A DNA stretch of 64,000 nucleotides from Isosphaeraceae bacterium (GTDB taxonomy: Bacteria; Planctomycetota; Planctomycetia; Isosphaerales; Isosphaeraceae): assembly GCA_965279195.1 (NCBI GenBank), contig CBDIHP010000042.1, positions 172,317 through 236,316 of the forward strand, written 5' to 3'. The translations under genes were made by a program, and so were the position numbers. Below the pieces are notes generated by a model. The model had not been told where the DNA came from. It ran no database searches and saw only the letters and a list, made by a program, of their open reading frames with translations. Below are positions 35,542-45,307 of this stretch, in pieces (the stretch's first letter is position 1; each line of letters starts with the position of its first letter).

Positions 35542-35940
35542 TCAATCCAGCCCGTGCTGCTTGTTGAAGGCGATGGCCTTGGCCTGCTCGGCCTCGGGGA
35601 TCTTGCCGCAGCGCTGGTAGATCACGGACAGGGCGGTGTAGCTGAAGGTGTCGTCGGGTTCGAGCTCGACGACCTTCTTGGCGTGGAGGATCGCCTTGTC
35701 GACCTCGGCGAGGTCGGCGTAGAGCTTGGCGAGCATGCCGTGGGCGATGGCGAGGTTCTCGTCGACGACGAGCGACTCTTCGAGCTTGGCGATGGCGGCC
35801 GGCTTGTTGCCCGCGTCGCGGAGGTCCGTGGCCTGGTCGTACAACTCGATCGCGGTGGGCATCGGGGCAGACTCGTTCGGGGAGTTGAGGGAGCTTTCGT
35901 GCGGCAGGTCACGGTTGTCGCCGCGTCGGGAAGACGTCAT
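35542..35940 (-). CDS. Small TPR-repeat protein.
   Basis: C-terminal 106 aa: MPTAIELYDQATDLRDAGNKPAAIAKLEESLVVDENLAIAHGMLAKLYADLAEVDKAILHAKKVVELEPDDTFSYTALSVIYQRCGKIPEAEQAKAIAFNKQHGLD, which is TPR-like. The start could be 35940 (MTSSRRGDN...) or 35862 (MPTAIE...). Confidence 0.55.
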   Translation of the reverse strand: MTSSRRGDNRDLPHESSLNSPNESAPMPTAIELYDQATDLRDAGNKPAAIAKLEESLVVDENLAIAHGMLAKLYADLAEVDKAILHAKKVVELEPDDTFSYTALSVIYQRCGKIPEAEQAKAIAFNKQHGLD

Positions 35941-36006
35941 TGTAGTCCGTCGGCGACGGGGCCTGCCAGACCCGAGGCCTCGCCCGGAACCCACCCAGGA
36001 TCGACG

Positions 36007-37026
36007 ATGCGGTACAACAAACTCGGCCCCAGCGGCCTGCTCGTCAGCGAACTCTGCCTCGGCACCATGACCTTCGGCGAGGGCTGGGGATTCGGCGGGA
36101 TCGACGAACCCCAGGCCGATGCGATCCTCGGCGCGGCGCTCGACGCCGGCATCAACTTCGTCGACACGGCCGACGTCTACAGCGAGGGCAACAGCGAGAC
36201 CCTCCTCGGCAAGGCGCTGCACGGCGGGCGCCGGGACAGGGTCGTCCTCGCCACCAAGGCGTTCGGCAAGATGGGCACCGGCCCGAACGACTGCGGCCTC
36301 AGCCGCTACCACCTCGTCCGCGCCTGCGAGGACTCCCTCCGCCGCCTCGGCACCGACCGCATCGACCTCTATCAGATCCACGGCTTCGACCGGCTGACAC
36401 CGATCGAGGAAGTCCTGCGGGCGCTCGACCACCTCGTGCAGTCGGGCAAGGTGCTCTACGTCGGCATGTGCAACCTCGCGGCCTGGCAGCTCGCGACCAT
36501 GCTGGGCGTGTCCTCCCGGTTCGGCCTGAGCCGGTTCGTCAGCGCCCAGATGTATTACAGCCTCGTCGGCCGCGACATCGAGCACGAGGTCGTGCCCCTC
36601 TGCCAGCACGAGGGGCTGGGCATCCTCCCCTGGAGCCCCCTGGCCGGCGGGTTCCTGACCGGCAAGTATCGCCGCGAGCAGGAGGCGTTTCCCGAGGGCA
36701 GCCGCTACGCCACCAGCCGGTTCGGCGCCTTCCCGCCCGTCGATCGCGAGAACGGCTTCGACGCCGTGGATACCATCGTCGAGATCGCCGGGAAGCTCGG
36801 CACCGAGCCGACCACCGTCGCGATCAAGTGGTTGCTGACCCGCCCGGCGGTCACCTCGGTGATCATCGGGATCAAGCGCCTGGAACAGATGGCCGCGAAC
36901 GTCGCGTCGACCACGATGGAGATCCCCGCCGAGGATCTCGACCGGCTCAACAGCCTGACCGCCCCGCCCTCGCTCTACCCCAACTGGATGATCCAGCGCC
37001 AGGCGAACACGTCGGGCCGCAAGTGA
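36007..37026 (+). CDS. Aldo/keto reductase family oxidoreductase.
   Basis: MRYNKLGPSGLLVSELCLGTMTFGEGWG...INFVDTADVYSEGNSETLLGKAL...IDLYQIHGFD; canonical AKR motifs. Confidence 0.85.
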   Translation: MRYNKLGPSGLLVSELCLGTMTFGEGWGFGGIDEPQADAILGAALDAGINFVDTADVYSEGNSETLLGKALHGGRRDRVVLATKAFGKMGTGPNDCGLSRYHLVRACEDSLRRLGTDRIDLYQIHGFDRLTPIEEVLRALDHLVQSGKVLYVGMCNLAAWQLATMLGVSSRFGLSRFVSAQMYYSLVGRDIEHEVVPLCQHEGLGILPWSPLAGGFLTGKYRREQEAFPEGSRYATSRFGAFPPVDRENGFDAVDTIVEIAGKLGTEPTTVAIKWLLTRPAVTSVIIGIKRLEQMAANVASTTMEIPAEDLDRLNSLTAPPSLYPNWMIQRQANTSGRK

Positions 37027-37128
37027 TCCGGGACAAATTCTCCGGGGACCTGTCCCGGAACTCGCCCGGTTGGGTCATCTGTCCTTAACCACCCGCGACG
37101 TCACGGGTGGATCCCTCCTGGAGGTCCG

Positions 37129-37728
37129 ATGACAGAGGCCGGCACCGGGTCGAGTTCCGGCATCGACTTCGACCGCCACGCCGATCGGCTGAGGCGGACG
37201 ATCCGCCTGCGCCTCGACCGGCGTCTCGTCGGGGTGATCGATTCGGCGTACGTGCTCGATCGCGTCCGCGCGGAGGCGACGCGGCGGGAACCCGAGCGGG
37301 CGGGATCCGACCAGAACGGCCCGTTCCTCTGGCTCCGGCGGCTCACGGGGGAGGTGCTCCGCGAGATCCACCTGGAGGAGCTGGGCGAGGTCGGCCGGGG
37401 GGACGTCACCCTCCTGCGCGGGGCCTTGCCCGAGGCGAGTTCGGCCTCGCTGGCGACCCAGTTGCTCGGCAAGGGGGCCGGCGCCGCCGGGGACCACGAG
37501 GCGGCCCGGGCGAACCTCAAGTTGCAGCTCCAGGAGCTGCTCAATGCCATGGACCCGATGGACCGCGAGGCCCTGACCCTGAGGCACTGCGAGCAGCTCT
37601 CCAGCGACGAGGCGGCGGCCGTCCTGGGGATCTCCATCCCCCAGGCGAGCGAGGCCTACATCCGCGCTTTGAGGCGGATCGGCGCGATCCTGACCCCACA
37701 ATCGATCAAGCGGGGCGGTCGCCCCTGA
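37129..37728 (+). CDS. ECF-type RNA polymerase sigma factor (sigma-70 region 2/4).
   Basis: Region-4 HTH: DREALTLRHCEQLSSDEAAAVLGISIPQASEAYIRALRRI. A GGAGG RBS is present. It lies immediately upstream of a Ser/Thr kinase, a pairing common in Planctomycetota. Confidence 0.7.
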   Translation: MTEAGTGSSSGIDFDRHADRLRRTIRLRLDRRLVGVIDSAYVLDRVRAEATRREPERAGSDQNGPFLWLRRLTGEVLREIHLEELGEVGRGDVTLLRGALPEASSASLATQLLGKGAGAAGDHEAARANLKLQLQELLNAMDPMDREALTLRHCEQLSSDEAAAVLGISIPQASEAYIRALRRIGAILTPQSIKRGGRP

Positions 37729-37749
37729 CCCGCCCCGACGAGGCCCCCC

Positions 37750-40700
37750 ATGTCCACCTCCCCCAGCGACCGGATCCCCATCGACGACCTCGCCGAGGCC
37801 TTCCTCGCCAGGCGACGCGCGGGCGAGCCGGTCACGCCCGAGGAGTTCGCCGCCTCGAACCCCGACCTCGCCGAGGAGATCCTCGCCCTCTTCCCCGCGC
37901 TCGTGATGATGGAGGAACTCGGCAACGACTCGGGCGACCGCACGGCGACGGTCGCGGGGTCGTCGGGGAGCCTGCCGGCGGGCTTGCCGGTTCAGCGGCT
38001 GGGGGAATACCGCCTGCTGCGCGAGGTCGGACGCGGCGGGATGGGGATCGTCTACGAGGCCGAGCAGGAGAGCCTCGGGCGGCGCGTGGCGCTCAAGGTC
38101 TTGCCCGCCGGCGCCCTGGCCGACCCCAAGCAGGTCCGGCGGTTCACCCGCGAGGCGCGATCCGCCGCCAAGCTGCACCACACCAACATTGTCCCCGTGT
38201 TCGGCGTCGGCGAGTGCGACGGCACCCATTTTTATGTGATGCAATTCATCCAGGGCCAGGGGCTCGATTCGGTCCTCGACGAGCTGAAGCGGCTCCGCGG
38301 CCTGCGGGGCAACGGCGCCCGGACCCAGACCCGGCGCGAGGCCGGCGAGATCGCGCTCTCGCTCGCGTCCGGGCGGTTCGTCGATGCCGAGGCCCCCACC
38401 GTCCCCTCGGGCGGGCTCTCGGCGATCCGGTCGGGCAACATGTCGGGCTCGGCCACGGACGTCTCGACGCTCACCGAGACCGACCGCCGTTTCGCCCAGG
38501 GGGTCGCGAAGCTCGGCGTCCAGGTGGCCGACGCCCTGGCCCACGCCCACGGGCAGGGGATCCTGCACCGCGATATCAAGCCCTCGAACCTCCTGCTCGA
38601 TCGCGAGGGGAACGTCTGGGTCGCCGACTTCGGCCTGGCGAAGGCCGTCGGGGCGGACGACCTGACGCACACCGGCGACATCATCGGCACCGTCCGCTAC
38701 ATGGCCCCCGAGCGGTTCCGGGGCGAGGCCGATGCCCGTTCGGATGTCTATGCCCTCGGGCTCACTCTCTATGAGCTCCTGGCCCTCCGCCCGGCGTTCG
38801 ACGAGGGCGACCGCGCCAGCCTGATCCGTCAGGTCACCCAGGAGACGCCGCCGAGGCTCCGACGCATCAATCGCGCGGTGCCGCTCGACCTCGAGACCAT
38901 CATCCACAAGGCGATGGCCCGCGAGCCCGAGGGGCGTTACCGCTCGTCGCAGGACCTCGCCGAGGACCTCAAGCGGTTCCTCGACGGGCGGCCGATTCTT
39001 GCGCGCCGGGTGTCGACCGGGGAGCGGCTCTACCGCTGGAGTCGTCGCAACCCCGCGTTGGCCGCCGCGATGGGGGCGGTCGCCCTGCTCCTGGTCGCCA
39101 CGACCATCGCCGCCGTGATCGGCATGGGATTTTACCGGCACCAGGCCGAGATGGCGGACCTGGCCCGCCGCGAGTCGGACCTGCTGCGCGGCGAGGCCGA
39201 GCGTTCCCGCCGCGAGGCCGATACCCGCCGCGTCGAAGCCGAGGCCGAGCGGCAGCGGGCCGAGTCGAACCTGGCGGAGTCTCGCGAGAACCTCGCCCTG
39301 GCCCGCAAGGCGGTGGACGACTCGTTCACGAAGATCAGCGAGAGCAGCCTGCTCAACGTCCCTGGCCTGCGGCCGCTCCGGAAGGAACTCCTCGAATCGT
39401 CGCTGGGGTTCTATGAAGAGTTCTCCAAGCGTGCTCGGGGGACCGACCCGACCGTCGTCGCCGACCTCGCCGGCGCGCGGTACCGCGTCGGACGAATCCA
39501 GTCGGAGTTGGGGGTCCTGATCGAAGCCAGGGCCAATTATCAGGAATCTCTGGCCCTTTTCGAGCGGGCCCTCGGGGCGAAGGCCGCCGCGCCGTCAGCT
39601 CTCCGCGAACTCGGCGAGGTCTGGCACCGGCTCGGGGACCTGGACGCGTTGAATGGCCGCACCGGCCCGGCCCTCCCGGCGTACCTTCACGCCGTCTCGA
39701 TCCGCGAACGCCTGGCCCGGTCCGGCCCCCGATCGTCGCGGGATCGCCTCGACCTGTCCAGGTCGCTCAACGGGGTCGCGATCTCGACGGCCGACCGCGA
39801 ACAGCAACGCGATGCCTATCGGAGGTCTCTCGCTCTCCGCCTGGAGACGGCGAAAGATCTCACCGACGACCCCGATCTGCTCCACGGCCTGAGCGAGTCG
39901 TTCCTCAATTGCAGTGTGATCATCCGGGACGCAGGCTATGGCGAGGAGGCGCTGGAACTCGCCAGGCGGGGTCTGGACTACGGCCACGCCGGCCTCGCCC
40001 GACGGCCGCACGACATCGAATTCACGATGGACCTCGGGGGGCTCTACGGCCAGATCGCCGGCTACTGCTGGAACCTCGGGCGGGAGCGCGAGGCGCTCGA
40101 GCTCTCGGCGGAAGGGATCGGATTCGAGGTCGACGCGGTGGCGAAGAATCCGGAAGTCCCCGGATTCCGGTCGTACCTGGCGGATGTCCTGATCAAACGC
40201 CTGAATTTCCTCCGACCCCGGAGGCAGGCGGCGCCCGAGGCGGATCCGACCCGCCGGGCGGATCTCCTCGCGATCTTCGAGACGATCGTCTGGCTCCATG
40301 AGTCCGCGCCCCAGCCCACGAAGGACGGCCTGGCGCTGGCGGCGGCGGCGCACCTCCACCGGGCGGTCCTGCTCGCCGGAGTCGGGGCGCCTGCCTCGCC
40401 CGATGCCTGGTCGACGGAAGCGAAGGAGGAGAGGGTTCTCGGCTTCGTGGACCTGGATCGGGCCAAATCCAGGGGCATGTCGGAGGCCGAATTCGCCAGG
40501 GCGTATCCCGAACTCCGGGACCTCCTGGAGGGCACCCGACCCGAGAAAAAACGGTCGGGCGGTCGCGTGCCCGGGCCACCCACGTCGTGGCCGGTGCCCA
40601 GGAAAAGCGGCACCTCGCCCCTGGCGATTCCCGGCCGATTCGAGGAGGACCGCTCCTGCGCCGAACTCGTGATCGCGATCCTGCACCGCCTCGGCCGGGA

Positions 40701-43700
40701 CGGGGAGGAGGCCGATCGACGGATCCAGGCGCTCCTGGACGTGTGCGACGGGGCCGCGACTCAGCCACGATCGTCCTTCACGGAATGGCTCGCAATCCGC
40801 TGCCGGCTCCGGCTGGGCGGCCTGGCCTTCGAGCGCGGCGATCTCGCGACGGCGGCTGGGCACTGGGAGGCCATCCGGGCCACCTTCGACCGTTCGGATC
40901 GATACCGTCCCCAGCCGGCGGCATTGCGATGGAACCTCGGCACGGCCGCCGTCGTGGTCCGGAATGCGTACCTCTCGGTCGGCCTCTGGGAGGATGCCGC
41001 CGAATTCGACCGCATCGCCCTGGTGACCGGCGCGGCCGCATCGGGGTGGAACCTCCGCGAGTCCCCCGTGGTCGAGGCCCTTTGCGGAAACCTCGACGCG
41101 TCCCGCGATGCGATCTTCAAGGCGCTCCACGGTCTGGACGAGGATCACCCCAACGTGATCGACCTGCTCCGGGCAGGATCCATGCTGCATGAGACCTCGG
41201 ACCTGAAACGTCTCCTGGGCCTCGCGGGCCGGGTCCGATCCGCGAAGCCGTCCGACTGGAACGCCCGGATGGCCCTGGCCGAGTTGAGGCTCGCCGCGGG
41301 GAAGTACGACGACCTCCGGAGCATCCTGGGCGAGCAGACTCGCTACGAGAACGGTGCCGCCATCATGGCCCTCGCCGCCGCGCGACAAGGGCTCCGAGCC
41401 GAGGCGTTCCGCCGGCTCCGCCAGCTCGATGACGAGATGGCGACCGTCGCCCGGCAAAGCGTGCAGGCCCTGGGCGCGATCCGGCTGCCGCGTTCGACCA
41501 CCTCCGACCATTTCCTGGCCGAATGGCAGCGTCGGGAGGCCTACCGGCTCCTCGGCGAGAGACCGCCCGTGATTCGCCCCCTCGCGCTGTTGCGGGCGTC
41601 GTCGTTCTGGCGGCTCGGGCGTCGGGACGAGGCCGAGAAGGAATTCGAGAGATCGCTCCTCGACGCGGACGATCGCATCGCCGCCCTGACGGAACGGGCG
41701 AGGACATTCGCCTCGATCGGCCGGATGGACCGCGCGGTCGCCGACCTCGACGCCGCGAGGAGCCTCGACTCCAACGACGCCCGGCCCTGGATCCAGGAGG
41801 GGCGGCTCGCCTTCGAACGGGGAGACGTTCGGGCCGGCGAGCGGGCCTACGCCCGCGCCGGCGGGCTGCTCAAGGGCCGGATCGACCCGTTCTTCGACGC
41901 CGGCTGGTGGGCCGTCGGGCCGTTCCCGACGACGATGGACCTGCCCGAGGAGCCCGACCGATCCGCCGACCCCTCGCGGCCGGTCCGCTCCGGCAACCTG
42001 CGGCTGAACTGGAACGCCTTGCCGGTCCAACCGGACCACTTCGTGAACCTCCGGGCGATGCTGGTCCGGGACGGTTCGGCCTACCTGCTGACCCACGTCT
42101 ATTCCGAGGTCGAGCGAGCCGAGATGCTCGCCTTCGACGGCGGCGAGAACTTCCAGCTCTCGGTGAACGGCCTGCGGATCCTATCCGAGAACGAATCCGC
42201 ACCGCCGCTGGCGAACTTTCGGCATGTTTTCCACATCAGGCTTGTCCCGGGCCTGAACACGATCCTCGTGCGCGTCTCCCACAAGGCCGATGTCCCCTGG
42301 TTCCGCATGACGGCCGTCGACTCGCCCGCGGTCGTGGGGATGCTCCAGGCCGAGTTTGCCCGCTTCCCCGAGGCGGCGAACTCGCTCCTTCGGGCCGAGC
42401 GGGAAGGGCGTCTCCCGGGCGCGTGGTATCGGTTGTTCGTCTGCGACCTGCTCGAGTTCGCCGGCCGTCGGGACGAGCGCGAGAGGATCCTGGCCCGGCT
42501 CGTCGATCCGGACAGTCAAGCGGGGGCCGATCCCAGAGACCTTTCGCTCTCGCTCGCCTACCAGCCCCAGAACGTCGTCCCGCCGGACAGGGTGCTCGCG
42601 CTTGCGGAGAAGGTGGTCGCCTCGGAGCCCGACAACTTCTGGCTCAAGTTCCCCCTCGGTTATGCGTTGTATCGCGCCGGTCGCTATGACGACGCCATTC
42701 GGCATTTCCGGGCGAACTGGCCCCAGGGGGATGCCTACGAGAGGCCCGTCCGAGCGATGGCGCTGGCGAAGCTCGGCCGCAAGGATGAGGCAAAGGCGCT
42801 GCTCCGTGAGGTCGACGCCGACTTCGATGCCTGGTGCCGCGAGCGGGCCGGCGGCAAGGGGACGGCCTGGACCAACTGGTGGTTCGACGGCATCCGCCGG
42901 CTCAACCTCCGCCGCGAGGCGCACCGGGAGATCCTCGGCCGCCCGCCCGACGACTCCCCGGCACTCGATCGCATCCGGACTCAGATGGGCACGCTCCTCG
43001 ATCGGACCGACTCCCCGACCTGGAGCCTGGATGTGGCCCGGACGATCGACCCCAGGTCCCGCGCCGCAATGTTCGGCCTGGCCCAGCGGTTGATGAGACT
43101 CGGGCGCTACGACGAGGTCGCCCCTTTGATCGAGGAGGCCGTCGCTCGTGTGGGCCTGAGCCCGTCCGACTGGTCGCAAGGGAGTCTGCTGTACTCCTAT
43201 GCCGGACAGTTCGACCGCGCGGCCGATCTCTTCCTCAAGGCGTACGACCTCTACCCGACGGACAGCAGCTATTTCTCGGATCGAGGGTTCCTGATCTCCC
43301 AGTTCTTCTCCGAGTCCGAGGTCATGGAGCGCGTCCTGCTCCGACGGCCCGACGACCCATTCCTCCATTTCGTCCGGGGGATGGAGCGGTTGATTCGCCG
43401 CGACCTCGCCGGGGCGATCGCCGACTTCGAGCGAGGCGGCCCGAAGCCGCCCTCCGAACTGGCCTACATCCACGCCGCCGCCCTGCTACTGGCCGGTGAC
43501 GAGCCGGGGTATCGCCGGCTCGTGCAGAATCACGCGGCGCAGTTCGGCGACTCGAAGGATCGGGAGACATGCTACGTCCTGGCGAGGATGGCCGTTCTGG
43601 GGCGGACGCCCCCGGTCCCGGTCGGGCGGATCATCGGGTGGGCGAGGCTTGCGACCGAGGAGGGGAAGAATGGCTGGTCGGCCCACGTCTGGGCCCTTGC

Positions 43701-44010
43701 CTGCCTGAGGGCCGGTGACCTGTACGGTGCCCGCAAGGCCCTCTTCGACAGCCAGGCCTATGGCTGGGGCACCGGGATCGGCCTCAACCTGGTCGCCGAG
43801 GCGATGATCCTCCACGCACAGGGCCAGCCGGCCGACGCCCTCCGGGTGCTGGACGCGATCCCCGACCTCTACAGGAGTCCCCCTGCGACGCTCCGCTCCA
43901 CCCCCAATTCGCTCCATGCGGAGGACTGGATGGAATACGAGGTCCTCACGAAGCAGCTCCGCCCGGGCCTCTACGACGCGGTCTTCCCCGCCGATCCGTT
44001 CTCCCCCTGA
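37750..44010 (+). CDS. Serine/threonine protein kinase, 2086 aa, with a TM segment and a very long C-terminal TPR/helical-repeat region.
   Basis: Kinase subdomains: GRGGMGIVYEA, VALKVL, HRDIKPSNLLLD, DFGLAK, YMAPERFRGE. TM segment: ALAAAMGAVALLLVATTIAAVIGMGFY. More than 1500 aa of helical repeats follow. Confidence 0.85.
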   Translation: MSTSPSDRIPIDDLAEAFLARRRAGEPVTPEEFAASNPDLAEEILALFPALVMMEELGNDSGDRTATVAGSSGSLPAGLPVQRLGEYRLLREVGRGGMGIVYEAEQESLGRRVALKVLPAGALADPKQVRRFTREARSAAKLHHTNIVPVFGVGECDGTHFYVMQFIQGQGLDSVLDELKRLRGLRGNGARTQTRREAGEIALSLASGRFVDAEAPTVPSGGLSAIRSGNMSGSATDVSTLTETDRRFAQGVAKLGVQVADALAHAHGQGILHRDIKPSNLLLDREGNVWVADFGLAKAVGADDLTHTGDIIGTVRYMAPERFRGEADARSDVYALGLTLYELLALRPAFDEGDRASLIRQVTQETPPRLRRINRAVPLDLETIIHKAMAREPEGRYRSSQDLAEDLKRFLDGRPILARRVSTGERLYRWSRRNPALAAAMGAVALLLVATTIAAVIGMGFYRHQAEMADLARRESDLLRGEAERSRREADTRRVEAEAERQRAESNLAESRENLALARKAVDDSFTKISESSLLNVPGLRPLRKELLESSLGFYEEFSKRARGTDPTVVADLAGARYRVGRIQSELGVLIEARANYQESLALFERALGAKAAAPSALRELGEVWHRLGDLDALNGRTGPALPAYLHAVSIRERLARSGPRSSRDRLDLSRSLNGVAISTADREQQRDAYRRSLALRLETAKDLTDDPDLLHGLSESFLNCSVIIRDAGYGEEALELARRGLDYGHAGLARRPHDIEFTMDLGGLYGQIAGYCWNLGREREALELSAEGIGFEVDAVAKNPEVPGFRSYLADVLIKRLNFLRPRRQAAPEADPTRRADLLAIFETIVWLHESAPQPTKDGLALAAAAHLHRAVLLAGVGAPASPDAWSTEAKEERVLGFVDLDRAKSRGMSEAEFARAYPELRDLLEGTRPEKKRSGGRVPGPPTSWPVPRKSGTSPLAIPGRFEEDRSCAELVIAILHRLGRDGEEADRRIQALLDVCDGAATQPRSSFTEWLAIRCRLRLGGLAFERGDLATAAGHWEAIRATFDRSDRYRPQPAALRWNLGTAAVVVRNAYLSVGLWEDAAEFDRIALVTGAAASGWNLRESPVVEALCGNLDASRDAIFKALHGLDEDHPNVIDLLRAGSMLHETSDLKRLLGLAGRVRSAKPSDWNARMALAELRLAAGKYDDLRSILGEQTRYENGAAIMALAAARQGLRAEAFRRLRQLDDEMATVARQSVQALGAIRLPRSTTSDHFLAEWQRREAYRLLGERPPVIRPLALLRASSFWRLGRRDEAEKEFERSLLDADDRIAALTERARTFASIGRMDRAVADLDAARSLDSNDARPWIQEGRLAFERGDVRAGERAYARAGGLLKGRIDPFFDAGWWAVGPFPTTMDLPEEPDRSADPSRPVRSGNLRLNWNALPVQPDHFVNLRAMLVRDGSAYLLTHVYSEVERAEMLAFDGGENFQLSVNGLRILSENESAPPLANFRHVFHIRLVPGLNTILVRVSHKADVPWFRMTAVDSPAVVGMLQAEFARFPEAANSLLRAEREGRLPGAWYRLFVCDLLEFAGRRDERERILARLVDPDSQAGADPRDLSLSLAYQPQNVVPPDRVLALAEKVVASEPDNFWLKFPLGYALYRAGRYDDAIRHFRANWPQGDAYERPVRAMALAKLGRKDEAKALLREVDADFDAWCRERAGGKGTAWTNWWFDGIRRLNLRREAHREILGRPPDDSPALDRIRTQMGTLLDRTDSPTWSLDVARTIDPRSRAAMFGLAQRLMRLGRYDEVAPLIEEAVARVGLSPSDWSQGSLLYSYAGQFDRAADLFLKAYDLYPTDSSYFSDRGFLISQFFSESEVMERVLLRRPDDPFLHFVRGMERLIRRDLAGAIADFERGGPKPPSELAYIHAAALLLAGDEPGYRRLVQNHAAQFGDSKDRETCYVLARMAVLGRTPPVPVGRIIGWARLATEEGKNGWSAHVWALACLRAGDLYGARKALFDSQAYGWGTGIGLNLVAEAMILHAQGQPADALRVLDAIPDLYRSPPATLRSTPNSLHAEDWMEYEVLTKQLRPGLYDAVFPADPFSP

Positions 44011-44189
44011 TCCCGGATGAGACATCACCGGCATTGGCACGCGTCTCGCCGGGTCGGATGTCGGGATGAGGTTGGTAAACTCAACCCGGATTGACCGGTT
44101 TCGGTAAACACGCTAGATTCCCGCGCCGGCTCGGCGTCCCGCGGTCGGGGCGGGCCGGAGATGGATACGCAGTGGGCAGGAGGCCCGGC

Positions 44190-45119
44190 ATGAAACGGAA
44201 CCGCTTGGGGTTCGCACTGGCGATCGCGATGGGGGTCGCGGGGCCGGCTTGGGGCGCGGAGCCGGGGACCATCGAGTACCGGGTCCGCTTCCTGGATGTC
44301 GACGGCCTCACCTGGCGCGAGAGCCTCGCCAGCCAGTTCCACCGCGTGAAGACCGAGGGCCCCGCCACGGTCTGGACCGCCCCGAAGCACGTGGGAGAGT
44401 CGCTCGCCAAGGCCAGCGTCAAGGTGCTCGCTGCGCCCGCCTGCCTGGTCGAGGAGAACAAGAAGGCCGAGATCCGCTGGAGCGCTACAGAGGCCAAGGG
44501 CGAGGCCGCTCAGAGCCGCATCGCCATGTCCGGCCGCCGGCTCGACCAGGGGATCCTGACCCACATCGTCGTCGAGGACGGATCGATCGCCGAGAAGAAG
44601 TCCGAGGGGGCCCGGACCCTCGACGTGGCGCGCGGCAAGGTCGAGGGCGAGTGGCTGGTCCCGAGCGACCAGGTCCTCGTCCTGAGCCTGGGCATCCAGT
44701 CGGTCGCCGGCGGCGAGGGCAACGCGGTCCGCGAGCGACTGGCGATCATCGAGCCGAGTCTGAAGGCCGCCGAGATCAAGACCGCCGCGACCGTCGGCCC
44801 CGCCCGGATGCCGAGCCGCTCGTCCCCCACGGCGGTCCACCCGGACGGCCGCGTCGCCGAACCCTCCTCGCCCGCGCCGGCCGACCCCGAGGTCTCGACC
44901 ACCTCGGGCGAGACCGTCCGCCCCAGCCCTCAGACCACCGGCACCCCCCAGGCCCGCGTCGAGAAAGTCGACGGCGCCCTGGCGCGGACCGCGTACGAGA
45001 GTGACGATGTCTCCTCCGAGCCCGGCGAGTCGGTCATCCGGCTCCCGATCCAGGGGGGCAAGGTCCTCGAAATCCGCACCCGGGTCCTGAACGCCAAGGA
45101 TCGCCCGGCGAAGCCCTGA
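44190..45119 (+). CDS. Hypothetical secreted protein.
   Basis: Internal ATG with GGAGG upstream. Signal peptide MKRNRLGFALAIAMGVAGPAWGAEP. Pro/Ser/Thr-rich C-terminal half. Confidence 0.5.
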   Translation: MKRNRLGFALAIAMGVAGPAWGAEPGTIEYRVRFLDVDGLTWRESLASQFHRVKTEGPATVWTAPKHVGESLAKASVKVLAAPACLVEENKKAEIRWSATEAKGEAAQSRIAMSGRRLDQGILTHIVVEDGSIAEKKSEGARTLDVARGKVEGEWLVPSDQVLVLSLGIQSVAGGEGNAVRERLAIIEPSLKAAEIKTAATVGPARMPSRSSPTAVHPDGRVAEPSSPAPADPEVSTTSGETVRPSPQTTGTPQARVEKVDGALARTAYESDDVSSEPGESVIRLPIQGGKVLEIRTRVLNAKDRPAKP

Positions 45120-45307
45120 TCCACCAGGGCCGCCTGGAACCGGACGGGCCGCGACGGTGTCTCTCCCAAGGGAAGGCCCCGCCCGCGGCCCTCGGCGTTT
45201 GTCGGTTTGACCGGGGGCGGCTCCGGGTATACCGTTAATCCAGAGGGGTGCTCGTCCGGCCACGATGGGCGGACACTCCCCGCATCGTCGCGAGGATCGG
45301 GTCGAGC

